64,000 bases of DNA from an uncultured beta proteobacterium (GTDB taxonomy: Bacteria > Pseudomonadota > Gammaproteobacteria > Burkholderiales > Burkholderiaceae_D): NCBI GenBank assembly GCA_963707665.1, contig CAVPQU010000020.1, positions 7,615-71,614 of the forward strand, given 5' to 3'. The notes beneath the pieces are model-generated. The model had not been told where the DNA came from. It worked only from the letters and a program-made list of their open reading frames with translations, and ran no database searches. Position 1 is the stretch's first letter; every line of letters starts with the position of its first letter. Below are positions 24,270 to 32,764 of this stretch, one piece after another. The position numbers and the translations under genes are program-made.

Positions 24270-25040
24270 ATGAATGCCAGCTGGGTGGCAACCAATGCGG
24301 CGGCCGCGCTGTTGCTGCCACCGCTCAATCTGCTCCTGGTCGCCGGTTTCGGCTTGCTGCTGCGCCGGCGCTGGCCGCGCGCCGGCCGAACGCTGATCAT
24401 CGGCGCTGTGGCACTGCTGCTGGTGTTGTGCACCAACGCCGGTTCCTTGTTGCTGGTGGCGCCACTGGAACGCCTGGCGTCGCCGCTGACGGTGGCCGAC
24501 GTGCCGGCGGCGCAAGCCATCGTGGTGCTGGGCGGTGGTCGCATCGGCGCCGCGCCGGAATATGGCGGGCACGATATCCCCAGTTTGCCGACGCTGGCGC
24601 GCCTGCGCTATGCCGCCCATCTGCAGCGTGCCAGCGGGCTACCGCTGCTGGTGTCCGGCGGCAGTCCGGATGGCGCCGCCGACTCGGAAGCGGTGTTGAT
24701 GGCGCGCAGCTTGCGCGAGGATTTCGCGGTGCCGGTGCGCTGGCTGGAACAGGGTTCCGACAATACCGCCGAAAATGCCCGCTACGCCGCGCAGCAGTTG
24801 CACGGCGATGGCATCCGCCGCGTCCTGCTGGTGACCGACGCCATGCACATGCCTCGTTCGCAGGCGATTTTTTCCCGCTATGGGCTGCAGGTAGTGGCGG
24901 CGCCGACCGTGTTTTTCAGTCGCCAGCGCCTGACCCCGATCGATTTTTTCCCGGGCGGCGACGGCTTGCGGCGCTCGCATTACGCCTTGCACGAATGGAT
25001 CGGGCTGCTGTGGTATCGGCTGCGGCACGGTGCTGCCTGA
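24270..25040 (+). CDS. YdcF/ElyC (DUF218) family protein
   Basis: IVVLGGG...LLVSGG...SDNTAENARYAA...VLLVTDAMHMPRS motifs. Confidence 0.75.
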   Translation: MNASWVATNAAAALLLPPLNLLLVAGFGLLLRRRWPRAGRTLIIGAVALLLVLCTNAGSLLLVAPLERLASPLTVADVPAAQAIVVLGGGRIGAAPEYGGHDIPSLPTLARLRYAAHLQRASGLPLLVSGGSPDGAADSEAVLMARSLREDFAVPVRWLEQGSDNTAENARYAAQQLHGDGIRRVLLVTDAMHMPRSQAIFSRYGLQVVAAPTVFFSRQRLTPIDFFPGGDGLRRSHYALHEWIGLLWYRLRHGAA

Positions 25041-25089
25041 AGCGTCGGCACCAAAGCCCACGGCGCGTGGTCGAATCCCAAACGCCAGT

Positions 25090-25133
25090 GGAAAGGATGT
25101 TCCATGAAATCGGAAAGGATGTTCCATGAAGTC
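25090..25133 (+). repeat. Tandem 22-bp duplication spanning the RBS and start codon of the downstream flavoprotein gene
   Basis: GGAAAGGATGTTCCATGAAATC followed by GGAAAGGATGTTCCATGAAGTC (21/22 identical). The second ATG (25126) opens the long ORF. The first (25104) opens only an 11-codon ORF. Confidence 0.9.
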
Positions 25134-26565
25134 GCTTGAAGTGGATGTGGCGGTGATCGGCGCCGGCACTGCCGGCCTGGCCGCCTCGCGCGCCGCGCGC
25201 TCGCATGGCCAGCGGGTGCTGCTGATCGAAGGCGGCGTGTACGGCACCACCTGCGCCCGGGTCGGCTGCATGCCGAGCAAGCTGCTGATCGCCGCCGCCG
25301 AGGCGGCGCACACGGTGGCGGGTGCGGCCCGCTTTGGCGTGCACGCCGGGCCGCCGCGCATCGACGGCCGCGCCGTGATGGCGCGCGTGCAGGCCGAGCG
25401 CGACCGTTTTGTCGGCTTCGTGCTGGATGGGGTCGAGCAGATTCCGCCAACCGAGCGGCTGCGCGGACAGGCCCGCTTTCTGGATGCGCAGCGCCTGCAG
25501 GTCGATGCGCATACCGTCGTCGAGGCCGGGCGGGTGGTGATCGCCACCGGCTCCAGTCCGGTGCTGCCGGAACAATTCAAGGCGATCGGCGCGCTGGCGC
25601 AAACCAGCGATGATATTTTCGAGTGGCCCGACTTGCCGCGCTCGGTGGCGGTGATCGGCACTGGCATCATCGGCCTGGAGTTGGGGCAGGCGCTGCATCG
25701 GCTGGGGGTGCGGGTGGCCTTGTTCGGGCGCCGGCGGCTGGCGCAATTGAGCGACCCGGTGGTGCAGGAAGTGGCGCTGCGCTGCCTTGGCGCGGAGCTG
25801 GATTTGCGGCTGAATGCCGAAGTGATCGAGGCGCGGCGCGATGGCGCAGAAGTCGTGCTGAGTTCGCGCGATGCCGGCGGCGCCGTACGCAGCGAACGCT
25901 ACGATGTCGTGTTATGCGCCACCGGGCGCGCGCCAAACGTCGGCGGTCTCGGTCTTGAACGGGCCGGCATCGAGCTGGACCGGCGCGGCGTGCCGTTGTT
26001 CGATCCGGCCACCATGCGCTGCGGCGCCAGCACCATCTTCATCGCCGGCGATGCCAGCAACGAGCGGCCCTTGCTGCACGAAGCCGCTGATCAGGGCCGC
26101 ATTGCCGGCGACAATGCTGGCGCCTATCCGCACAGCCGTCCAGGGCGGCGCCACGAGCCGCTGGGGATCGTCTTTTCCGATCCGCAAATCGCCAGCGTCG
26201 GGCGCAGTTGGCAAAGTCTGAAGGAGAACCGCGCGGAACAGTTCGCGGTGGGCCAGGTGTCGTTTGAAAACCAGGGTCGCAGCCGCGTCATGCTGCAAAA
26301 CCAGGGCGTGCTGCGGCTGTACGGCGAATATGGCTCGGACCGCTTCCTCGGCGCCGAAATGATCGCGCCGCGCGCCGAACATCTGGCGCACCTGCTGGCT
26401 TGGGCCTGCCAGAGCCGGATGACGGTGGCGCAGATGCGCGGCATGCCGTTTTACCACCCGGTGATCGAGGAAGGCGTGCGCACTGCGCTGCGCAATTTGC
26501 AGGAACAGCTGGCGCATGGCTTGCCCGCCATCGAACACTGCGCCGACTGCACGCCCGGCATGTAG
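25126..26565 (+). CDS. Dihydrolipoyl dehydrogenase-family FAD-dependent pyridine nucleotide-disulfide oxidoreductase
   Basis: VAVIGAGTAGLAA FAD fold, redox-active GTTCARVGCMPSK, and a second dinucleotide fold VAVIGTGIIGLELG. Confidence 0.8.
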   Translation: MKSLEVDVAVIGAGTAGLAASRAARSHGQRVLLIEGGVYGTTCARVGCMPSKLLIAAAEAAHTVAGAARFGVHAGPPRIDGRAVMARVQAERDRFVGFVLDGVEQIPPTERLRGQARFLDAQRLQVDAHTVVEAGRVVIATGSSPVLPEQFKAIGALAQTSDDIFEWPDLPRSVAVIGTGIIGLELGQALHRLGVRVALFGRRRLAQLSDPVVQEVALRCLGAELDLRLNAEVIEARRDGAEVVLSSRDAGGAVRSERYDVVLCATGRAPNVGGLGLERAGIELDRRGVPLFDPATMRCGASTIFIAGDASNERPLLHEAADQGRIAGDNAGAYPHSRPGRRHEPLGIVFSDPQIASVGRSWQSLKENRAEQFAVGQVSFENQGRSRVMLQNQGVLRLYGEYGSDRFLGAEMIAPRAEHLAHLLAWACQSRMTVAQMRGMPFYHPVIEEGVRTALRNLQEQLAHGLPAIEHCADCTPGM

Positions 26566-26579
26566 CGTGCGCGCTGCCG

Positions 26580-26744
26580 CTATTTTTTATTGAGCATGCC
26601 GAATATCAGCGACACCACGAAGATCACCACGAAAATCCAGAACAGCACCTTGGCGATTTCGGTGGCGCCGGCGGCGATGCCGCCAAAACCGAAAATGCCG
26701 GCGATGATGGCGATGATAAAAAAGATGACGGCATAACGGAGCAT
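26580..26744 (-). CDS. DUF1328 (YtjA/UPF0391) small membrane protein
   Basis: [61 protein letters not shown]. Confidence 0.85.
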   Translation of the reverse strand: MLRYAVIFFIIAIIAGIFGFGGIAAGATEIAKVLFWIFVVIFVVSLIFGMLNKK

Positions 26745-26937
26745 ATTGATCTCCTTCGATGTCGATAACGGTATTGGGTTTAATATCGCTAGCAGCCACC
26801 TTACCGGAAGCCCGAGCCGCATGATTGATCGGCAACAACCTCCCGGCGCACTTCGGCGCGCCGGCGAACTTTAAAATACTGGTGTTGCCCCTTGTTCCGC
26901 CGTCAGACGGCCTGCATTTTTACAGGAGAAAAGCGCG

Positions 26938-27240
26938 ATGTTGACCCCCAATCTGAAAACCACCCGCAATGACATGAGATCGCTCGTGCGCGACGCCCAG
27001 GAGTTGTTCCGCGAAGCCGCTTCTGCCACTGGCGAAAAAGCCGAAACCCTGCGCAGCAAGGGCTTGACCCTGCTCGATACGGCGCTGACCAGGGCGCAGG
27101 ACGTGCAGTCCGCCGCCGTCGACACAAGTAAGGAACTGGTTTCCACGGCGGACGATTACGTGCAGGAAAATCCGTGGCGCGCAGTCGCCATCTCGGCCGG
27201 AATCGGCTTGCTGATCGGGGTCATCATCGGCCGCAAATAG
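26938..27240 (+). CDS. DUF883 (ElaB/YqjD/YgaM) family membrane-anchored stress protein
   Basis: C-terminal DDYVQENPWRAVAISAGIGLLIGVIIGRK signature. Confidence 0.85.
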   Translation: MLTPNLKTTRNDMRSLVRDAQELFREAASATGEKAETLRSKGLTLLDTALTRAQDVQSAAVDTSKELVSTADDYVQENPWRAVAISAGIGLLIGVIIGRK

Positions 27241-27357
27241 CCGATCGCTGCGCACAGGCCCTGCGTCGCCGCACGGGTGCCGGATTGATATTGCAATTTG
27301 AGAACTTTCCGGTCCCCGCTACGGTCGAAACGTGTTTCACGTCTACAGGGACCCTTG

Positions 27358-28038
27358 ATGCGTACGCAAATCATTCTTTCCATGCTGGCCGCCACGGTGG
27401 CGATTAGCGGTTGTGCCGACATGTCGCCGACTCAGCGCGGCACCGCGACCGGTGCCGGCGTCGGCGCCGGTCTGGGCGCCATCCTGGGAGCCGCCACTGG
27501 CGGCGGCGGTGGCGGGCGCACGGCGACCGGTGCGGTGCTGGGTGGCGCCGCCGGCGCGGTGGTCGGCAACATCTGGTCGAACAAGATGGAGAACCAGAAA
27601 CGCACCATGGAGCAGGCCACCCAAGGCACCGGCGTCCAGGTCAGCCAAACCGCCGACAACCGGCTGAAGCTGGATATTCCGAGCGATATTTCGTTTGACA
27701 CCGGGCGTGCCGATATCCAGCCGAATTTCCGTCCGATCCTGGATCGCTTCGCCACCACCCTGGCCGATAATCCGTATACGGTGATCACCATCATCGGCCA
27801 CACCGACAGCACCGGCAGCGATGCCGTCAACGATCCGCTATCGCTGAATCGCGCCGCTCGTACGCGCGATTACCTGAGTGGTCGCGGCGTCGCTGCCGCT
27901 CGCTTCCGAGTCGAAGGGCGTGGCTCGCACGAACCGCTGGTGGCCAACGACAGTGCCGCCAACCGCGCCAAAAACCGCCGCGTCGAAATTTTCGTCGCCG
28001 AGCAGCAATCGACGGCGCAGGGCGTGCCGCAAAGGTAG
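27358..28038 (+). CDS. OmpA-family lipoprotein with a glycine-zipper segment
   Basis: Lipobox AISGC, glycine zipper GAGVGAGLGAILGAATGGGGGG, and OmpA_C motifs GHTDSTGSDAVNDPLSLNRA...NRRVEIFV. Confidence 0.85.
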   Translation: MRTQIILSMLAATVAISGCADMSPTQRGTATGAGVGAGLGAILGAATGGGGGGRTATGAVLGGAAGAVVGNIWSNKMENQKRTMEQATQGTGVQVSQTADNRLKLDIPSDISFDTGRADIQPNFRPILDRFATTLADNPYTVITIIGHTDSTGSDAVNDPLSLNRAARTRDYLSGRGVAAARFRVEGRGSHEPLVANDSAANRAKNRRVEIFVAEQQSTAQGVPQR

Positions 28039-28111
28039 GCGCGCACAAGCCACGAGAGCGGTACGAACAACAGGCCTGCCCCCTTGAGCGGGGCGGCTTG
28101 GCCTCAGATGG

Positions 28112-28171
28112 ATACTCCATGAGTGCACATCTGTTTTCGCTGAGATAAACTGCGTCTTACCCACATACTCT
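28112..28171 (+). repeat. Bipartite ATACYCC box pair, copy h
   Basis: ATACTCC at 28112-28118 and ATACTCT at 28165-28171. Lies between the convergent ompA-like and cytochrome c genes. An extra lone ATACTCA sits at 28246. Confidence 0.75.
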
Positions 28172-28442
28172 GCCATTGTTGGTTATGCGAAGCATGCTGT
28201 GGAGCAAATTCCTGTCGTGCATGCCGAGCCCTATGGCACCCCTGCATACTCAGCGCGATATGCCGATGCAACTGTTAAACGCGACAGAGGTATGTCGAGG
28301 CTGGCTGCTACCAAATCCGTTCGCTATTCACTACTGATCTGCTGGTCGTTCCGGTGGCAGTAGGGCGCAACCCGGTATCGTGCGCCGGCTTGCCTTTGCA
28401 CGGTCGACGAGGGTCGGCGACTAGACACGTCACGTATCAAGG

Positions 28443-28482
28443 CAAAATAAAAAAAGCCGCAAACCCTGGCGGGCGCGGCTTT
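28443..28482 (-). terminator. Rho-independent terminator of the cytochrome c gene
   Basis: On the minus strand, an AAGCCGC...GCGGCTT stem is followed by TTTTTTTATTTT. Confidence 0.7.
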
Positions 28483-28534
28483 GATCGGAACCATCCACAG
28501 CAGGCTGCAGATGGCGCGGCAGCGATGTGCCGAT

Positions 28535-29407
28535 TTATTTCACGGCTGCGATCATATACGCGACAGCGGCCTTGACGTCGTCATCGGATGCTTGCGCACC
28601 GCCCTTGGGCGGCATCATTCCAGTCTTGCCCTGGAAGCCCTTGATCGCATGTTCGTCCAGGGTTGCGACGCCCTGTTTGAGCCGATCTGCCCAGGCTGCC
28701 TTGTCGCCGAATTTCGGTGCGCCGGCGATGCCAGCGGTATGGCACGCCATGCACACGCTGTCATACAATTTTTTGCCGACATCGCTGGCTGCCGGTGCGG
28801 CCGCTGCGACGGGCGCGGCGGCAGTCGGTGCTGCCGCAGCCGGAGCCGCCGGCGCTGCTGCGGGCGCCTCGGCAGCCGGTGCGGCTGGTTTGGCGGCCGG
28901 GACTTCCGGTTCCTTGAATTTGCCACCGGACTGGTTCGCCATGTAGACCACCGCGCGCGCGACTTCCACATCATCCAGATCGGGATTGCCGCCCTTGGCC
29001 GGCATCGCGTTCAGGCCGTGCAAGGCATAGCCCAGCACGGTGTCGTAGCCGGCCGCGAGCCGCGCCGACCAGGCAGCGGCGTCGCCCAGCTTCGGTGCGC
29101 CGGCGGCGCCGGTGCCGTGACAGGCGACACAGGTCGTCTTGTATACCTGTTCGCCGGTTTGCAGCTGTTTCGGGGCATTCACGTCTTTCAAGGTGAAGCC
29201 CACGTCGGCGACCGGCTGAATGCGTGCCTCGATGGCCGCTGGAGTCTGCGCTTCCGAGCCGGCGCCGACCTTGGGTCCGTTCGATGCATATTCGACCAGC
29301 AGGGCGATACAGATGATCGGCACCAGAAACCCGGCGATGACCGCGGCAATCAGCTGTTTCGGAGTTCTGATGCCGGACTGGTGTTCTTCTTTGTGTGCGT
29401 CACTCAT
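28535..29407 (-). CDS. Membrane-anchored dihaem c-type cytochrome (cytochrome c5 family)
   Basis: N-terminal TM anchor, two CxxCH sites (CVACH, CMACH) each followed by ...MP(A/P)KGG, separated by an Ala/Pro-rich linker. Confidence 0.85.
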   Translation of the reverse strand: MSDAHKEEHQSGIRTPKQLIAAVIAGFLVPIICIALLVEYASNGPKVGAGSEAQTPAAIEARIQPVADVGFTLKDVNAPKQLQTGEQVYKTTCVACHGTGAAGAPKLGDAAAWSARLAAGYDTVLGYALHGLNAMPAKGGNPDLDDVEVARAVVYMANQSGGKFKEPEVPAAKPAAPAAEAPAAAPAAPAAAAPTAAAPVAAAAPAASDVGKKLYDSVCMACHTAGIAGAPKFGDKAAWADRLKQGVATLDEHAIKGFQGKTGMMPPKGGAQASDDDVKAAVAYMIAAVK

Positions 29408-29604
29408 GATTCCCTCGGTGCAATTGTAGAAATTGGTGAATAGGTGCGCAGGCCTGGCAATGGGACCGGTAATCTGGCAGCACGATATCTCGCCAAACTT
29501 TCGATTATAGACGTAACGATTGCTATTTGGAACGGAAAGCCCACGCTTTGCATGGACGCGGCTGCCGAAAACCGTTATCCTTCACGCCTGCTCGGCATTC
29601 CCGT

Positions 29605-29680
29605 GCGGCTGTAGCTCAGTGGATAGAGTATTGGCCTCCGAAGCCAAGGGTCGTGGGTTCGATCCCCGCCAGCCGCACCA
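29605..29680 (+). tRNA. tRNA-Arg (anticodon CCG)
   Basis: GCGGCTG/CAGCCGC acceptor stem, AGCTCAGTGGATAGAGT D arm, anticodon loop CT-CCG-AA, GGTTCGATCCC T arm, and encoded CCA. Confidence 0.9.
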
Positions 29681-29913
29681 ATCAAATCAAGACTCTCCGC
29701 ACAGCCTCAGTAGTCATCTATCTCAAGCTCGATTGTTGTCCAAAATCTGTCGAAATGACAGTTTTGGAGCAGCAGAGTCGTGCTGAGATTCACGCCGCTA
29801 GTTGCGCGCATCCAAGTCGTGCCGCTAGTCCCGATCGCCGCACGCGGGTAGCGCTAATCCGCCCGGCACGTGCAAGCGATGCCTATGTTTTCCTTCGCTG
29901 ATTGCGTCGATGC

Positions 29914-30663
29914 CTATTCAGGGGCGACCACGCCGGCCAGGATCGAAAGCGGCCAGCGCATCCTGTGGCGACGGGCAGGATCGCCCCAGGCTGCCAGCAA
30001 GCCGGCACGATAGCTGGCCAGCGGATCGGCGCCGGTTTGCTGGCGATAGGCGGCCACCGCCGACCAGCTGTCGAAATAACCCAGCAGTTGCGCCAGGTTC
30101 CAATCGGCCTGATGGGTGATGACGGGGGCTTCGATGGGTCGGAACGGGAACGGGATGTTACGGTAGCCGGTTTCCACGTGGCGCCGTGCGCTCGGCCAAT
30201 AGCTGCCCAGTGTTTCGTGATACAGACGGTCGATCAAGGCATCCAGCGCCGGGGTAATGTGCAGCAGATTGTAGGTGACGGCGACCAGCGCCGCGCCGGG
30301 GCGGGCGACGCGCCGGACTTCCTGGTAAAACCGGGCGTGGTCAAACCAGTGGATCGCCTGCCCGACAAAAATCAGATCGACTGAACGCGGGGCCAGTGTC
30401 GACTGCTCGGCCGGCTCGCAGCGATAGTCGACATTGGCAGCAGCAACAGCCAACTCGAGTTGCTGCCGGCTCACATCAGTCGCGATCACGTGCTCGAAGC
30501 GCTGCGCCAGGCTCGCGCTGGCCTGGCCGTTGCCGCAGCCGCAATCCCAGGCCAGTCGGGTGGCCGGCACGATGCTTGTCAGCCACTCGAACAGTGGCGC
30601 CGGGTAGCCCGGTCGAAAATCCTTATAGGCCGCCGCTTGTGCGGAAAAATAATCCGATGTCAT
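29914..30663 (-). CDS. Class I SAM-dependent methyltransferase
   Basis: LAWDCGCGNGQAS (motif I), VDLIFVGQAIHWFD, and ARPGAALVAVTY. Confidence 0.8.
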   Translation of the reverse strand: MTSDYFSAQAAAYKDFRPGYPAPLFEWLTSIVPATRLAWDCGCGNGQASASLAQRFEHVIATDVSRQQLELAVAAANVDYRCEPAEQSTLAPRSVDLIFVGQAIHWFDHARFYQEVRRVARPGAALVAVTYNLLHITPALDALIDRLYHETLGSYWPSARRHVETGYRNIPFPFRPIEAPVITHQADWNLAQLLGYFDSWSAVAAYRQQTGADPLASYRAGLLAAWGDPARRHRMRWPLSILAGVVAPE

Positions 30664-30879
30664 CGTCTTTACTACTTCCGTTAGCCGTTAGGACGCGTTG
30701 CCCAGCCGATCCGCCGCACCAGGCGCATGGCCGGCCAGCGCCATTATTTACATGAGGAAACAGACTGTCCCGCTGCGGTAAAAATTGTGCCGCCACGGTG
30801 CGCTCACGTAACATAATGCTAAGGCATGGTAGTCAATTGCTGTCTGCATTTCCCATCTTTCTTTTTTACGGGGGACCAT

Positions 30880-31290
30880 ATGAGCATGATGAGCGAGTTT
30901 AAAGAGTTTGCGATGAAGGGCAGCGTGATGGATCTCGCGGTCGGCGTCATCATTGGCGGCGCCTTCGGCAAGATCGTCGATTCACTGGTCGGCGACGTGA
31001 TCATGCCGGTGGTCAGCAAGATCTTCGGCGGGCTGGATTTCAGCAATTATTTCGTGCCGCTGGCCGGTCAGACCGCGAACACCCTGGCGGAAGCAAAAAA
31101 AGCGGGCGCGGTGCTGGCCTACGGTAACTTCATTACGATCGCGCTCAATTTCATCATCCTGGCGTTCATCATCTTCATCATGGTCAAGCAGATGAACCGG
31201 CTGAAGAAAAATGTGCCGGCCGCGGCACCGGCACCGACACCGGAAGACGTGCTGCTGCTGCGCCAGATTCGCGACAGCCTGCGCAAATGA
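30880..31290 (+). CDS. mscL: Large-conductance mechanosensitive channel
   Basis: [45 protein letters not shown]... Confidence 0.9.
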   Translation: MSMMSEFKEFAMKGSVMDLAVGVIIGGAFGKIVDSLVGDVIMPVVSKIFGGLDFSNYFVPLAGQTANTLAEAKKAGAVLAYGNFITIALNFIILAFIIFIMVKQMNRLKKNVPAAAPAPTPEDVLLLRQIRDSLRK

Positions 31291-31360
31291 AATGGCGGCG
31301 ACTGGCAGGGTGCGCCCGACGGTGGCGGGCTTGAAGAGCGCGCCCAACGATGAGGGTGCG

Positions 31361-32453
31361 ATGGCAAGCGGCCTCGACCGGCGCCGCTTCCTGCGCCGTT
31401 CCGGCCAGCTCGGCGTAGCGGCACTCTTGCCTGGCGTCGGCGCCGCGGCGGCCACGCCACCAGCAAGCGCGCGGCGACTCTCATCAGGGCGCGATGGCGG
31501 TCCCGGCCTTGCCGGCCGGCGGCACGATCGCCGTGCTGGCACCGGCATCGCCCGCCGTGGACAAGCTGGAAGCTGCCGCCAGTTGGCTGCGTGGGCGCGG
31601 CTTCGTGCCGCGCCTGTTACCCGGTGCCAGCGTGCGCAGTGGCGATTACCTGGCCGGCAGCGATAGCGCGCGCCTGGCTGATCTGCATGCGGCGTTCGCC
31701 GATCCCGCTGTCGATGCGATTTTTTGCCTGCGCGGCGGCTATGGCAGTGCGCGCCTGCTGGACCGCATCGACTTCACTCTGCTGCGCCAGCATCCCAAGC
31801 CGTTTGTCGGCTACAGCGACATCACCGCGCTGCTGCTGGCAATCACGCGTTTCGCCGGCTTTGTCACCTTTCACGGGCCGATGCTGGTCTCCGATTTGTT
31901 GATGGGCAGGCATGCGCACGCGCCGACCGAAGCAGCGTTGTGGGAATTGTTGCAGGGGCGGCGAGGCGCCGGCCAATGGCTGTCGCCGGCGCCGGAAACC
32001 GTACTGGAAACCATCACCGGTGGCAGCGCACAAGGCAGGCTGGTCGGTGGCAACCTGGCGACGATCGGCTCGACCCTGGGCACGCCGTATGAAATCGATC
32101 TGGACAACGCCATCCTGTTTATCGAAGACGTCGGCGAAACGCCGCAAAAAATCGATCGCCTGCTGACGCAGTTGCGGCTGGCCGGCAAGCTGGCGCAGTT
32201 GCGTGGCGTACTGATTGGCGATTTTTCGGAAATCGACGATCCGCGCGCCACCAACGATCATGGCGCTGCCAATCGCGAACGCCTGCGCCAGGTCTGGCGC
32301 GACTTGCTGCAGCCGCTGGCGATCCCGATCCTGGCCGGTTGGCCGAGCGGCCATTGCGAGCCGAATCTGACCTTGCCAATCGGCGCTGCGGTGCGACTCG
32401 ACGCCGGTCGGCAACGACTGTGGCTGGAACAGGATGTGGTGCAAGCCGCCTGA
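31361..32453 (+). pseudogene. ldcA: LD-carboxypeptidase (peptidase S66) whose Tat signal peptide is out of frame with the catalytic body
   Basis: MASGLDRRRFLRRSGQLGVAALLPGVGAAAA (ATG 31361) reads in one frame. The S66 body (TIAVLAPASP...FCLRGGYGSARLL...FVGYSDITALL) reads from 31494 in another. The switch falls at about 31465-31493. Confidence 0.65.
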
Positions 32454-32764
32454 AACCTTGGCCTGATTGTTGCCAAATTATTATCGATCAAGAAGGTTTT
32501 AGCGTTAGACTGCGCGGTTGTTGTTAAACAATGTTAAATAACTGGCAAGCATGTCTATTCGGCTTTCTATCCCGACTTGCTCGTATAAAATGGCCGACAG
32601 AAGAATAAATCTGATATGAGACAGGGGAGTTGGTAGATAGGCACGCGATGATTCCCGAGTGCCATTTGCTCACCATCTTCCCGTGAGAAGCCCTCGAGAT
32701 TGCAACGCCATACCGCCTTGATTTGCCATGCCCACAAGGCGATTGCGGCTGATGCGACACAACC

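Noticed and set aside
28185-28337. A 50-codon ORF (MRSMLWSKFLSCMPSP...) in the long convergent gap.
   Set aside because: It has no Shine-Dalgarno sequence and no recognisable features. It is kept only as something to test with ribosome profiling.
28790-28910. Repetitive GCC/GCG/CCG-rich DNA that looks array-like (also at 1300-1440).
   Set aside because: It encodes the Ala/Pro-rich linkers of the dihaem cytochrome and the zinc-ribbon protein. There is no repeat-spacer periodicity, so it is not a CRISPR array.
29527-29901. A 124-codon ORF spanning the tRNA-Arg gene.
   Set aside because: It reads straight through a well-formed tRNA. It is a six-frame artefact.
29681-30663. A genomic island or prophage remnant at the tRNA-Arg 3' end.
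   Set aside because: There is no integrase, no duplicated tRNA 3' segment, and the adjacent methyltransferase has native GC content.
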